A DNA stretch of 64,000 bases from Trichoplax sp. H2 (Eukaryota): contig NOWV01000153.1 in the NCBI GenBank assembly GCA_003344405.1, forward strand, positions 1-64,000. The letters are read 5' to 3'. Below the pieces are notes generated by a model. That model worked only from the letters and a program-made list of their open reading frames with translations, searched no databases and was not told the DNA's origin. Every line of letters begins with the position of its first letter. Positions within the stretch are counted from its first letter, which is position 1. The translations under genes were made by a program, and so were the position numbers. Positions 25,519-39,695 of this stretch are shown one piece after another.

Positions 25519-27427
25519 TAAAGCCGTAATTACCATCAATCATTTCATTTCGCCTATGATTTATAAACAACAACTGAAACTATGTCATCATGTAAATTAA
25601 TACGCATTTATATCTACACGATGATGGTTAATTTCTTGAATTTGAAATCCTTGTGATGATAACGTTTTATTTTTTCAGTATATTAAAATTGGCCGTAATC
25701 AGTATCAGTGATGTATCTACGTCGCCGTCTGCTGATTGATGTTGATTTTTCTCTTAGCCCTGTACCACTTCGTTAAGTAACATTTGTTAGACAATACAGG
25801 ATCGATCAGGATTAAGCGAGTGTCTATGCTCTTAAATTGATCAATTTGTACTTTTATCTAATTTATGTAATGTAAGAATCAATTTCGCCTCGTATAACGT
25901 ATGTGGCATTAGATTAAGAATTTTTTTCGTCTTAGTCCGGTTCATGCCGTTGTATCTCATGCTTGTAACTGTATATATATATTTCGACACACTGCCATGT
26001 AACGATTTTATTATGGACGTAGACATACGCGTATGCGTATACAATTATAATCAAATGATAGATGCACACTATTTAGGCTACTCTTCACAGACAAAATGTA
26101 ATAGATATATTGGAAGTATTATATCATGGCGTACTTACTTTATCAGTAACCCATTAAAAAGTAACGAGAGGTTAGGATCGGAACAAACGTGTTCGACTAT
26201 CTAGAATGCAATGGTGTATTCAAATGTTGCAAAAAATCAGTTAGCTGGATAGCCGTATGTTTTGTTTCATGACCCGACGAAATGCATGATATATCTTCAT
26301 ATTGCATCACATTAGCTACTTTAATTAAAGGATGTATATTAATAAATTTTGATATTAAAGAACTACGTATTTATTCCAAGTAAGTAAAGCCTTAAAACAG
26401 TCTCGACTAAGTCCTATTGTACGCTCGATAGTAGCCTCTTACAAATGTTCGTAGTTTCTGTGCGTATCACGATAGTGTGAAATCATTTTAAATTGGATGA
26501 CGGTTGGTAACGTAAATTATATTAATTATTGTTTCGAAAGAAAATAGCACACTTAGATCTAAAGTCAATAAAGCATGACCTTACCACTTATTAACTGCAA
26601 GTCAAATGCTTTATTAATCAATCTCGGTAATAAACTCAAATTTAGTAAATGCTACCTTACAATATCGGGAAATAAATATATCAGTAATTACTACGGCTAC
26701 CAGATACTCTATTGCAATGATCACTTCATTGACATTCCCAAATACCATATATCATATGATACTACTATTTATAGACTGCGCAAAATCAGTTACACCAGAA
26801 GTAGCCAAAATAATCGTTTACAATATAAAGTAGGTTAATTGATGGATAGACAACTACAATTATAACATTATTATCATTATTACAATAAAGCAAATCATTA
26901 TAGAACCATATTGATACATTGAATAAGACGGGATTAACCTATAAAAAGATGGATTTCAAATAAGACTATTCTGGAATCACAATCCTCCATAATTGTAATC
27001 AGTTTTGGTACTTTGAATATGCCTACAACAGGGTGACTTTCAGTTAGACATTGACTTAACCTTCTTCATTTTGGTATGATACAAATTTACATAAAAATTC
27101 AAATGGATGGTCACGGCAATTTTAAGAGCTAACACTATTCGCAACATCGTATAACTGACTACAATTCGTTAATTGTAAGAAACGTGGGAACCGATACAAC
27201 AGAACGCAGAATCACGCCTACAACTACTGTAAAAGACCGATAATTATCCGTTAAGTAGCATTAAAATTAATACAAAAAGCATATCACAAAGTTTTAACAA
27301 GGAAAAGAAACATAGTTATTAGAAAATCCAATGCCATCTGCAGCTTAATTTCTCAGCTAGTTCCTAAATATTAAGACCTAGTCCAAGTGGCGTCAACAGT
27401 AGTGGCTGACTAGCGCCAGTCTTTGTA

Positions 27428-30400
27428 TTACTGTTGCTGTTGCTGTTGGGGTTGTGGTTGTTGAGAGGATCGATCGTCACGATATCTTTGATAGTTGCCA
27501 CCGCCAGAACCACGTGGACGGCCTACATCCGTATATCAAAGGTAATTATTATAAATATGCTCCTTAAATCGTTTACAAAAAAAAATAAGCATGCGATACA
27601 AGAATATAACGAACCTCCACGATTTCCTCCACGATTTCCGCCACGTCCACCACGGTATTGACCATCCTGATTTCCCTTCGTTGTAGTTATTGGTATTAGT
27701 TAGAAAAACATTAATATATTTATGTAATAAAGATAATACTTCAATCTTACAGGGAATCTTCCACCGGCACCTTCTTTTCCACCACGATCGCCATTACGAT
27801 TTCTAATCCTGTTGCGGCCTTGATTGCCACGGCCTCGATTCCCACCTCGAAAATTTCGCGGGCGCCTGTTGCCTTTTTGAGCTAAAGAACAATTGAAATA
27901 AATTTTATATACACGTCTATCTACATTATAGTGCAATTTAATTGCAACAATATTAATTATACATTACTCAAACAATGTGGTGTCGAATGAAACAATCCAT
28001 CAGTAATAATAAATTCCAGTATCACAATTATTGTAAAATCAATGATAAAATACTAAAGCATACATTCAAAACCGTCATCTTTCTCTGTAGCTTCGCCTTG
28101 TTCAGCAAAATCTCCCGTAGGCGCATTAGGGATATTTAACTTTTCTTCGGACACTATATCATGACATGATCTATCTTAGTTTTTTAAATACGCATCGGTA
28201 ATAAGGAACTACTTCACGCAACAGGTGTGTTAGCTCGAGTTGTTTGACAAATACTTTAATCGCAAACATACTAAGTAGTTGGTAAAACGTTGATGAGCAA
28301 ACATTTACCTGAATCCTTCTCGACAGAAACTGCCACTTCGACGTTTTTATCATTGTTCTTTACTTCCTAGAAAATATATAACAATTACTATTAATGGAGT
28401 GCCATCCTTTTTAAGTTAAAATATCAAGACGTATAGTAAAAATCATCAATTACCGCCGGTAACAGTTCGCCACTAGTTACTTCCGCATCTCCATTTGATG
28501 GCCTTTCAACGGTTTCCTGCTGTGGCTCTTCCTTTACTGGTTCAGTAACTTTATCTTTAAGTTCACCAGTATACAATGAGCACAATTCAATTCCTTGCAT
28601 AACTGCCATCAATTTATCATCTGCAAGCAAGTACATTAATAGAGTTAAGAGCTGAATCGATCTTAAAATACCGTAGTTACTAATAGACAAAGTTTAAAAT
28701 CAATGAAAATACTTTATCAGTTAATCGTCTTTGTGAACGTACATGTCGTTCCAACTACAGGCTTTTCTTTCTTTTCTATGAGATTATAAAAATGATCACC
28801 TGATGTCTTCACACTATAATAGATATTAAATGTGGAGAATTAATCCAGAAATAAAACAAGGCCATATGCTTAATAAATCCATAATTAGCATTGGTTAAGA
28901 TAGACTGTAATTATTCCATTAATGCTAAGTACCTTGTTGGATCAAGAACTAGTTCCTGAAAAGCCTCGATTTGACGAATTTCATCCTCATTTAATTTCTA
29001 AACCGCCCAATTTTTTGATAACAACATAACATCGAGATTACTGTTAAGCATTGGCTTTAATAAATAACAATCAGCTAGCTCAATTGGCGTATCCAAATTG
29101 CGTCAAGTGAACGGATGCAATTTTACTAGAGAAAATGAAATCTCTTCGCTTGTTATACTATCTAAATCTTACCGTAGCACCGTTGCTACCTTCCAAGAAG
29201 TACTGTCGAGTCTCAGGATTGACAGCAGCTAGGAGTCTTTGCAATTTCAAGATATCGCAAATTCTGACTCGATCTGCTTCAATTCGTGTTGCTTGCTCTT
29301 TCCTCATTTGCTTTTTTTGATTTTTCTGCCACTGCACCATGCACCCAAAAAAATTTTAAGAAATGAAGATAAATTTTAGCTTTAAATAACAATTTCTCGT
29401 ATAGTACCTCACGTATAATTTATTGCTCTTGAGATGGAGCCTTAAATTATAACATAAGCTAATACAAGTTTGATAGTAGTAAGATTGATGACACCAATCT
29501 ATTCTACATGCTATACAGTATCCTAAACCAATCTCTTTTTATATAGGAAAAGCTGGTTTGCACTGTATGACAACACGCTGCATTTTACCGCTTTAAACAC
29601 TTACAATTGCAGCTAAAAGAGTAAATTACGAAAGGGAATGATTCATAATTAAATTAATACATATTGTATTATTAAAGTAAATGGGCTTTAACGTTAAAAG
29701 TTTACACATAATATTGGATATTGCTCCAAAAATTATGCAATCTTCTGTTTTTAAACTAAACTGACACTAGTACTGGGTCTACTTTGCATTCAATCGGATT
29801 TCATCGCTCAATTACTGCAATTCTAGGTTATCATAAGAACTAAATCAGTTTGCATCCAAAGTAGTTTCATATTTTAACAAAATTACCTCTTCCATCAACT
29901 TATAATATTGCTGATTGATTTCGCGATAAGTTTCCAAATCTGTTTCAACACTTTTAGCCTGACTGATTGCTTCCTATCAAAATATAGATTGTAAATACAC
30001 TAATTAATAACACGTAGAAAATATTTGCTTAAACATTTAAAAAATAGTTATCTATTTCGTGATAAATGTATGTGCACAATAGTAACGGAAGCCTTATCCG
30101 CTAGATCTAGTGTAGCACTCTAATCACATACAAGGCAACATTGACCGATTGGGTTGATAGCGCTTCATTTCTACGAACATGAATTTATGTTACGATATCT
30201 ATATAGAGAGCATGGTAGGATACTACTGAGTCACTATTTCATTAGATCTTGCGCTTTCGTAGTATTACCGTTACCGTGGTTAAACTTATTATATACATGT
30301 ACACAGTATAGTATCATGGAACACTAAATACCATTAAAATACAGTAATAATCAAGGTTCAACCTTATCACTTGAAAAGAAGACAATAATAAATGCAAAAG

Positions 30401-31636
30401 ATAGAACGGATCAAGTGTATTCGATCAGAGGAGAACTACCTGCTTGAACTTATCTATATTGCAATTAAGCAAGAGCAGTTCCATAAAGATCACATAATGT
30501 GTATACTATACACTATACAGTATTAATTAACCTTTATCATACGATTGTCATACCCCAAAAAACTGTAGTAATGAAATAGCGCAATGACATGCAAGTGGTG
30601 CTGCTGCCAGGTACTTTCATGTCGACAAAGTGAAAGGTATCTTATTTTTGTATGCTGCAAAGGTCGACACATAAAGATGTCTATCGATAATACGCCTATG
30701 GAAGTTCTCTACAGTATATTAAAGTAAAGGCTAAGGTTGGTAGAATCCCACCAGACAATCCATTATTGCATTCGATGCTGTCGTTCTACTCTACAGTATC
30801 ACCATCATTGAGCCCGAACGAATTGCCATGCACATTCAATCAAGCACAAGACTGACGAAAGCCATGAGAAGCGGCGGTCTCTTGACCGCACAGTTAACAT
30901 CGTCGATCATGAAATGGAAGTCATAACAAGAGTGATGACAATCTTTACTTGTTGAAAACAGTGCCATTGCTATGACTGCAAATGTCCGTGATAGTATGTC
31001 TACTATCAACTTGCGACACTACATCTTGGGTATCAGTGCAGCTATCATCTGTGCTGATTTGTATCATTCATGCAATATCAAGGGTAAATTTAACGATAGC
31101 GACCAGTTCGTTACCTTTTGATCTTGATTCAGTTCTTTGCCTTCCTCCTCGATTTTTTTCAAATTTTCGAGTTTAGTCTAGGTAGAGAAAGTGATTCAAG
31201 TATCGATTTAATTGCATACAAAGTGGTCGAAGATTATCCAAAATTCCACATGTTATGCGTGGGAAAAACGTCTAGTAACATGATGCAAATTGAAAGTAGG
31301 AAATACGTCCACTTTCTATTTATGCCATAACGATCCATCTATTTATACTCTCTACTATCAACTGTACCAATAAAATGGAGCAGTTTCCAATCGATACATG
31401 AACTAACGTGCACTAGACTGCTTCAAATTGATTGTGATGTACCATAACCGCAATGGCATTTTGTCATTGAAAGTCAAGATCACTTTCCATACCTTTCTCT
31501 TACACAAATTGCGAATTTTCTTATCAATAACACCAATAAAGGACCTTGCTAATGATTCTTCATTGGTTTCTATCGCTTTTGGGTTGCTTAGAGCATTAGC
31601 CACTTGGCTAGAATCTTCGTTAGCTGCAGCTGGCAT
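27428..31636 (-). CDS. CAPRIN1: Caprin family RNA-granule protein, multi-exon
   Basis: Exons read IGVIDKKIRNLCKRK|TKLENLKKIEEEGKELNQDQK|EAIS..., then EKPVVGTT (Caprin HR1 region). The C-terminal exons are RG/RGG-rich and end QQPQPQQQQQQ* at 27428. Confidence 0.85.
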
Positions 31637-31782
31637 GATGGAAATGGATTAGTAAGAAGAAGTCAATCAAAATGGCGGTGGTTGATCAACGTTAGTAGCC
31701 GAAAAAAATTGGCGTATGAGATACAGCATGGGAAATCACATGCTTTATCAGCTTGAATTTAGCTCCGGTCTAGTTGTAGGGT

Positions 31783-33295
31783 ACTGTATGGAAGGTGAGT
31801 ATCAATTTTATACTGTACTATAGAAGAATAATCCTGTCCATCGTCGATGACTGTACACCACCGGAATGGCTCAGATTGGGATGATCAGTACGGTATTTTA
31901 CAGTACTATTCACTGTAGACTACAGTACTCCAACTGCCTCTACAGTACTATACACTGTTCACTTACTGGACCGTACCGTAAAGTCTGTACGTAGTATACT
32001 GTACGCTTCATTGGCAATGCCACCAGGTTTCTTAGCACGTTTCCTACTGTACTGTACCGTACTCAGTGTACCATACTGTACTGTACAGTGTACAGTACAG
32101 TCCTGTACTACACAGTGTAAAGTACTGTACCTGTTGTACTGTAGGTGAGATAGGTGAGATCAGGAGCTTGTGAGCAAGTCCCTGGTAAGAACCCAATGAA
32201 CACTGCGGGCGCTTGAATGCGCCCCAAAATCATATGGCCATCAACAGGCATCGTATTCAGACAACTATATCCATCATTTCATGTTATAGCTTCCTCTGAC
32301 CGCTAGGAGTTGTGGATTCCAATGATGTGTTACATGATCCTTCCAACACCTTGAAATATTACCATGCCAGTTCAGCATGAGGGCAGACTTTGTTTGGTTT
32401 TTGTTTATCCTAACAACATCCCTTCCTCTACAGTACTCGGTACTGCACTGTACAGTACATTGCAACTTTACGGCGTCTTGAATTTCATTGTACTGTACTG
32501 TACTGTACTGTACAGTGTACAGTACAGTAGATCTGACTTTTAGATACAGTGTACTGTACTGTACTGTGCAATACTGAGTGAGAAAAATATTACTAAAACC
32601 GATGGGCTAATGCAGTAAGTAGTTGATACCAACTGTACATCTGTTAAATTAGCTTCTACCGAAAATAATATTGCTGTACAGTGTCTGTAGAGACCCTTTT
32701 GAAGGGTCTCTAGTGTACAGTGTGCAACATACTGTATATCTTTCTATTTATAGACTGTCGACGACAGCGAGAGAGAGATGTTTTAATTAATTATACTGTA
32801 CGCGACATCAATTTTGCAAACGATTGTAGAGACCCCCATTTAGCTTTTCAGTTCGATACCCTAATTTTGTTCATATTGTACGGCCATATGTAGCTGTACA
32901 GTACAAAGTAGCTGAGACAGCGATACAATAGGTATATCAATAAAAGAGAAAGCACTTTTTCGCTAGCCACTGATGTAAGAAATAATCAAGGAAGTCGCTC
33001 GCAAAATTAACATCACTTGGAAAAAGTCATGAGCACAACTCAAGTCAGTCGGGTTGCAGCAATGCCGGTTTTCTTCTTTATTAACCTGTAATCACCTCGA
33101 TGGTTTCAGTCTGTCAGTCTGTAACTACTGGACGCTGTACAGTGTACAGTACAGTACTGTACTATGCTATGCAATACAGTACCAGTGTTCAGAACACAAT
33201 CTGCAGTCAGTACGGTACTGTACTCCAATCATCCAGTTTAGTGTCAACTACAGGAGACACTACAGTACGTACTGTACAAAGTGTACAGTACACCC
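31783..33295. promoter_or_regulatory. Divergent CAPRIN/RCN promoter region with three (GTACW)n arrays (~31783-32145, ~32429-32570, ~33125-33295)
   Basis: Head-to-head ATGs at 31636 (-) and 33471 (+). Pentamer arrays fill the interval, and a YY1-like AAAATGGCGG lies nearby at ~31669-31678. Confidence 0.7.
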
Positions 33296-33470
33296 GCAAG
33301 TTATTGTTTACTCTATCCTTTGTACGCATGCACCCACCATATTGTCTTCCTGTAGTTGCAAGTTTATTTAATAGACTGAACATTTGAATTTCAATCAATA
33401 TCCCAAGTGCTGTAGATTAGTTCTTGCTCGATAGCAAATTGGATAGTATCAGGAAGGGCAGAGAAAGAAG

Positions 33471-35714
33471 ATGATGGCGAATTCGGGCAAAAAATGGATC
33501 GTATGGATCACCATTTATTTCATCGTTGTACCACATTATCGTTGCCAACGATACCATCCTGGTGGCAGTAGGTTAGACATGGAAGATCTACTAGGTGAAA
33601 AACATTACGATGAATGGGGTCATCATAATGCTGAGTTTGATCATCGTGCTTTCATTGGTGAAGAAGACGATACATTTCACGAATATTCTGAAGAAGATGC
33701 TAGTGATAGACTGATGTTAGTAATATGCAATGAACACTTTGCGTTATGATTGCCTGGTCAACCTTATTTCCTTTCATACTTGATTAATGTAATACAGCCT
33801 ACGAAAGCAGTAGAGTGCATGGATTAATGGATAGGAGTACGAATTAATAAACGCATAATAATATGTAAAATGATACGATTCCGTACTGATGGACCAACCT
33901 AAACGTTTGTGTTTCAAAATACTAGTGTAACATAGAGTATCAGTCATCGTTGTTAGGAAGCAAATTTTGCAATTAGGTAATTCGTACATTCTATCTTGTA
34001 TTGTTGTATTTTACAGCACAGTTTTCGACGAAATTGATACGAATATGGATGAATATATCGATAAAAATGAAATGAAAGCACGAATTAAGGGCAACCAACT
34101 CAAACGTTTAGAAAAGGAATCTAGAGAAAAATTTAAAGTCTTAGATGTCAATGAAGATAGCATGCTGCCATGGGAAGAGTATAAGCAAGTCATGTTTGCC
34201 AACGATTTAGCTGAAAACAATGGTAAGCAAATCTTCAACAAATTGAAAATCTACTGACAACGTAATACCAACTTGATAAAGTGGAATAAAATTTTCCAGT
34301 ATCTGCAGGAGTTTATCGAAGAATAAAAATTGTATCTGCTTAATGACATGAGTGATATCTTAAGTAATATACTAACATCACTAGTCAACAATGTGTATGC
34401 AGTCCAGTGATATAAATCATTATTAATTAGTCCTCCATCATATGATGTGACATTGTTATCGCTAAAATAGAATGACAGACAAAATTAATGACTCTAAAAA
34501 GTAATTCTATATATGATAATTACTTATTCCCATTATTCTATCGATAGGGAAACTAAGTGACTCTATGCAATCTATGTATACAAATGATCACCGAAAATTC
34601 ATTGACGCTGATCAGGATAATGACGGAATGTTAACCTTAACCGAATTTGCGGCCTTTAACTTTCCTCATAATTTCCCTCATATGCAAAATGCTTTAGCTA
34701 TGGTAAATCAATAGGAAATAAAATTAAGTAAACATAAAAGTAACCTAGCATTGATTTTTTACATTACTTTCAGTTCCAATTTCATTTGCATTAGCTTCAA
34801 TTTTATTAACTAAATTATGCACATTGTTCTTCTCGTTAATACTTAGGAATCGTTGGATACGTACGATAAAAACAAGGATGGTAAAATTTCATGGAAGGAA
34901 TACATTTGTAAGTCAATTGCTGTCGCTGAATTTCTTAAATAATGTGATTTTGAGACTTGTTTACATAACCAAACTGTTTGTGTGCATAACCACAAATCAT
35001 TCTATATTGTGCAATACATTGTACATATATTGAAAATAGGATCAACTAATCCGATTCTTTTGATCACTCTCAATTCAGCGAGTATGTATAACTCAGAAGA
35101 TAACAAAGAACAACCTGGTTGGGTGCGCGATGAAGAGAAAATTTACCTCCTCAGGCATGATAAAGACGGAGATGAATTATTAGACCTGGTGTGATTTTAT
35201 TTGCATATATCCCAGATGTGTGTTACCTTTTCTACTATTAGCAATGATTAGTATCGTTCAACGAAAAATATTCTAAGAATACTTTAAACAACTTCATGTT
35301 CTCTAACTATTGTCATTATCAAAAAATAACCTTGACTGAATTATTATCAGTCAGAAATAAAGAGTTGGATTGCTCCAGAGGAGAATAACGATGAAGAAGA
35401 GGAAGCTAATCACCTTATTGAATCTGCCGATCTTGATCAGGTCATCTTAAACTGCACTTTACTTACGACTAAAATAAGAAAAATTGTACCATGGGGAAAA
35501 ATATATTAATAGTCTGTCTAATGAACAGAAATAATAAAAGATTATTAATAACTGAAATATTTTACGGTCTAACCTGTAGGATGGAAAACTCACAAGAGAA
35601 GAACTTCTTAGCCATCAGTCTCTTTTTGCTGGCCATACGAAAAAATCACGTAAATATGAAGATCCGGATTTCGACTTCGATTATCATGCTGACCGTTATC
35701 ATGATGAGTTATAA
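33471..35714 (+). CDS. RCN1: CREC-family EF-hand ER protein (reticulocalbin/calumenin-like), multi-exon
   Basis: Signal peptide, HNAEFDHRAFIG motif, EF-hand loops (DTNMDEYID, DVNEDSMLP, DQDNDGMLT, DKNKDGKIS, DKDGDELLD, DLDQ|DGKLT) and a C-terminal HDEL* at 35700-35714. The specific vertebrate paralogue cannot be assigned. Confidence 0.88.
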
Positions 35715-36308
35715 AGAAGTTACTTAGTAAATGCATAAACCAATTGATCCTACACGAAATCAACTTAAAATCAAAACATATACTAAATATTCCTCTTTCT
35801 GATGAATTGATCAGTTACTGCTTATAATCAATATATCCTTGCGTTACTGTAATCCAATTTTTGAAACCGTACCTGCACATGCTGAGATTTTGAAACTCAT
35901 AAACCTTATAAACTCATGTTTTATTAATAATACAAATTCATTTTATTTATTATAATCAGTCCGACAAATAAATTGCCTATTGCATCAGTTCACATTAAAT
36001 TATGGAAAATACACTAAGCTAATGATAACTTACACTGCATCACATTTTGACTACAAATACAAGTACGTTTACTTTATAATTGAAATTAAAAAATATTTCG
36101 TCTCCATTATGCACATTGATTAATTGGAACTTGCCGTGTACCTAATTATAATTTCGACCTCATAAGTACTAATATATATCAGGCGGATACTATTAACTAT
36201 AAAAGTACATAATATAAAATTTCTACATTGCTTTGATCCCAAATCTTTGTACGTTCGACAAAAAATAAAAGCGAGTTACTAAACCCAATAGGTATTAGTA
36301 ATTGTGTT

Positions 36309-39300
36309 TTAAAAGTCCATAGATTTATGATGACCAACATTATGGCAAGCTGATAGCTTTGTTTTCTGCGCTGCATCTTCCTGCGCTCTACTGACAGTCT
36401 CTGATAAGTCAGGAGGTAAGAACATTTTCTACAGATAAATTGCAACAGCTTAATAGAACGTAAAACCATTTATACTAATACCTCTACGTGAAGAAGGAAT
36501 AAGTTCTGTCAGAGAATCACCCAAGATCTTACCTCAATAGCAAATTTTTTTCGCTTTAATTTAAAGCCTAAACAGCTAGTATCTGGGATATGACTAACTA
36601 AAGTACTAATCCGAGGCAATTTACGAATATGAAAGGAACCTAAATTGGTAGAAGTAGGTGGTACATTAGAAAAACTAATTTTTATAAATTCGGTACATAA
36701 ACTTTACCATGATAGTTTCGGAAAAGTGGATTAATTTCCTTATCAGAATCCGCATATGATTCTAATCCTATCATTGTATCGCTTATCTTTTCAACTCTAC
36801 GTAAATATGCAACATCCTTAAATAAACGGAGAACGTAAAAATTTTAATACAAGCTACTTAACAGTATCGATGCTGTCAGCTACCAGTCTTAAATAGACAG
36901 TATATTAATACTTTTTATGCTATGATATGATAAAAATAGTTGGAAAAATTAACTATTCCAAATCTTTTTACTACATAAACTTACCTCAAATACTGATACT
37001 GGTATCGTTAACATGCATACAGCATACGAATCACGAAGTAATGCTTTTAATGCAATAAGAAATTTAAGAAGAGATTGATCATATATTTCTGGATTATCAT
37101 GTAACACCACCCTTCCGTCGCAACCCCATAGAGGGGAAGCTAGGCCAGATACACAAATTCGTAATACTTTCTGGTCATGATTTAACTGCTAAATAATGAA
37201 AATATTTAGTTCAGTCGACGATCAAAGGACGCCGAATATGAAAGAACCGATTTTATGAGACTAATTAACGCCTACGTCGCTATTAGTTTTGTTAAAGCCA
37301 TGTTCAGATATTATCCTAGATATGTAGCATAATAAACTGCTATAAACAGGGTTGATCGTATTCCTAAGAAATAAATATAGCAAGTTTAAAGTTCACAATA
37401 GATACATTCGTTTTAGTTTAACAATATTAGCAGGGAATGAGATAGTGTATCAAGATACAATAAGCACTTTAGAGATCTGTAATAGCTTACCAATTCAAAT
37501 TATGATCTAATTTATTTTGTTCAGAAGCTATAAGGTTATTTTTGAAAAAGTATGTTTCCAGTGGTGATATCAAGTTCTTCGGCATAACCTTTCCAAGATC
37601 GAAACTATGGCCTAAGCCTGATGTGACTGTACTACTCTGATTTCAAAGATAGTATATACAGAGGATAGCACGATTAACTCGTAGCTAGGATAGATTGGAA
37701 AAGATGAATTACAATTTATCATGTTTACACACTCACTTGCACCGTAGGTAAATTTTGATATCGCCAAGCAATATTCATATTGTGTTTTTTATCCAACCCG
37801 GGCTCATCCACTGTATTGATGAAGCTGCTAGAATCATCGATATCAGGTAGACCCTAACCCAAAGAGACAGAGTATAAAGAATTCCTCTTAAAATTAATAA
37901 ATTTTCGATATGCTTTAGTTTATTTCTTACCGAAATAGATAAGCTATAGCAGTATACTTTCCCTTTTAAACGCTTTCTTTATTATAGTTTTAGTCGCAAA
38001 GAAAATATAGCGGGTCTATTACAATAAACATGCTTTACAACATGTAAAAGTTAACAGCTATTGATGGTTACCAAGTGATCATCTAAGTTTTCGCGTACCT
38101 CTAACATACTTTCTGGTTGATTACTACTTGAAGCAAGGCATAACGCATGATTGCATACAGCTCCTTCTGCTAGAAAATATTTCACTAACGCATTGGTATA
38201 CGAACTGGAAATATCCTCCTCTATATTAATGTACGGCATAAATAGAAAATGTAACAATGATTACAGTTGCAAACCATCCCGAGTATTGAGCCAACAGATT
38301 ATATAGGTCACCCTAAAATTGTATCATATATAAACTAAGAATAACAAATATAGTTACTGAATATTCACGATACTAAATCATTAAACATACTACTATAATA
38401 AAATTTGAAAATTTGATAATTGTAATTACTTTTTCTATTGTTATACATACTATTCTATCATCTTTGAATATCTTTTACTATACTGTATACTGTATTTTGA
38501 AATTAATACTTAAGAAATACGTACAACATACTCGTATAGAGCTGCAGTATCAGGCTGTTTGGTTATGATTACGTATTTCTATTCTTCATTATATTATTCT
38601 ATCATTTCACTCATTGACGATATATCTGTGATTATAACTTACGAAATTACATGCAGAAAGATTGTAGAGTATAGGAATTGATGATTTAAAGTAAACTTAC
38701 CAACAACTAAGGTTGTGCCAATAGGTAAACCTCCACCTAGATAAATAATAAATATGTAATAATTAATTAATTAATTAATTATAGTTCCCATTAATTAATT
38801 ATAGTATTGCATTTGTATTCGATACTGATTACTCATTCTCAATAACTTACTGCATGAATTTCCTACTGAATGTAGCCATTACATGCAGTAATTTATTATT
38901 AAATATGATCATCACATCAAGTTATTTCAACGATGAAATAATACTCATTATAATTGCAAGTTTGAGTGGTCTATATATAGTTAGTCATTGTCTCAACGTC
39001 TCGATCTCTGCAGTAGAGAGTTACACAGAAGTTTGCAGTACTAGGGGTAGAAGTGCCAGGGCAATACTGTACTGTATCGTGCTTTATCTTACATCGTTTA
39101 ACCATGACTCCTTCATCATGCAGTTTATTTGTTAATGCAGTAGCAAGGATGCAGACTGCTTTAACAGAGTTCAACCCTTTCAAGTATAATCAAGTCATTA
39201 GATCATTAATAGAGTATACCTATAAGACTGTCAATAGCTGGCACACCGGTCGATGTGATTAGCTGGCCATTCCGTAACGATGGAGTAGTGCCTCTTGGAT

Positions 39301-39346
39301 AGCTACCGACGCCTTTAGAAGATTTTTTCTTAAAACTGGATGTCAT
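36309..39346 (-). CDS. ELP4: Elongator complex protein 4, multi-exon
   Basis: MTSSFKKK..GTTPSLRNGQLITSTGVPAIDSLI|GGGLPIGTTLVV|EED..KYFLAEG, IAWRYQ, FKLKRKKFAIE|KMFLPPDL, ending MDF* at 36309. Confidence 0.93.
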
Positions 39347-39494
39347 TATCCTTGACAATTAATTTGCAAGCAAAATCGCACGTAAAAGGACCACAATATA
39401 TCCCAAATTAAACCATATTATAAATTTCCAGGTGGCCAGCTCTTTTGGCGGAACACATTTCGAAGCGATATTGTCTGTATGGACCATAAAGTTA

Positions 39495-39695
39495 TACTGT
39501 ACTGTACTGTATACTGTATAAAGATAAAATAAAATATCTCTATGGCACTGTACAGTACTATACTGTACTGTACAGTACAGTACTGTACTGTACGTGTGTG
39601 GTACAGTATGGACTTTCATGTTCAATAGCAAACAGAGTACTTAGTACTGTACTATCAGGGGACTTTTCGATTTTTTATACTGTACTGTATTGTAC
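39495..39695. repeat. (GTACW)n pentamer array upstream of ELP4
   Basis: For example TACTGTACTGTACAGTACAGTACTGTACTGTAC at ~39561-39593. The array begins ~150 bp upstream of the ATG. Confidence 0.9.

Noticed and set aside
25653-25735. GTGATGA...CTGA C/D-box-like pair downstream of ZDHHC17
   Set aside because: It lies in the presumptive 3'UTR rather than an intron, with no terminal stem or convincing guide.
32170-32190. GCAAGTCCCTGG resembling RNase MRP CR-I
   Set aside because: No matching CR-V/P4 partner found downstream.
33054-33398. Short ORFs rich in YSTV/TVQY (also 20641-20844, 32274-32465, 39359-39631, 43560-43787, 51394-51582)
   Set aside because: They are translations of the stop-poor pentamer arrays, not proteins.
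37851-37860. CCCTAACCC telomere-like motif
   Set aside because: Only 1.5 units, coinciding with an ELP4 splice acceptor.
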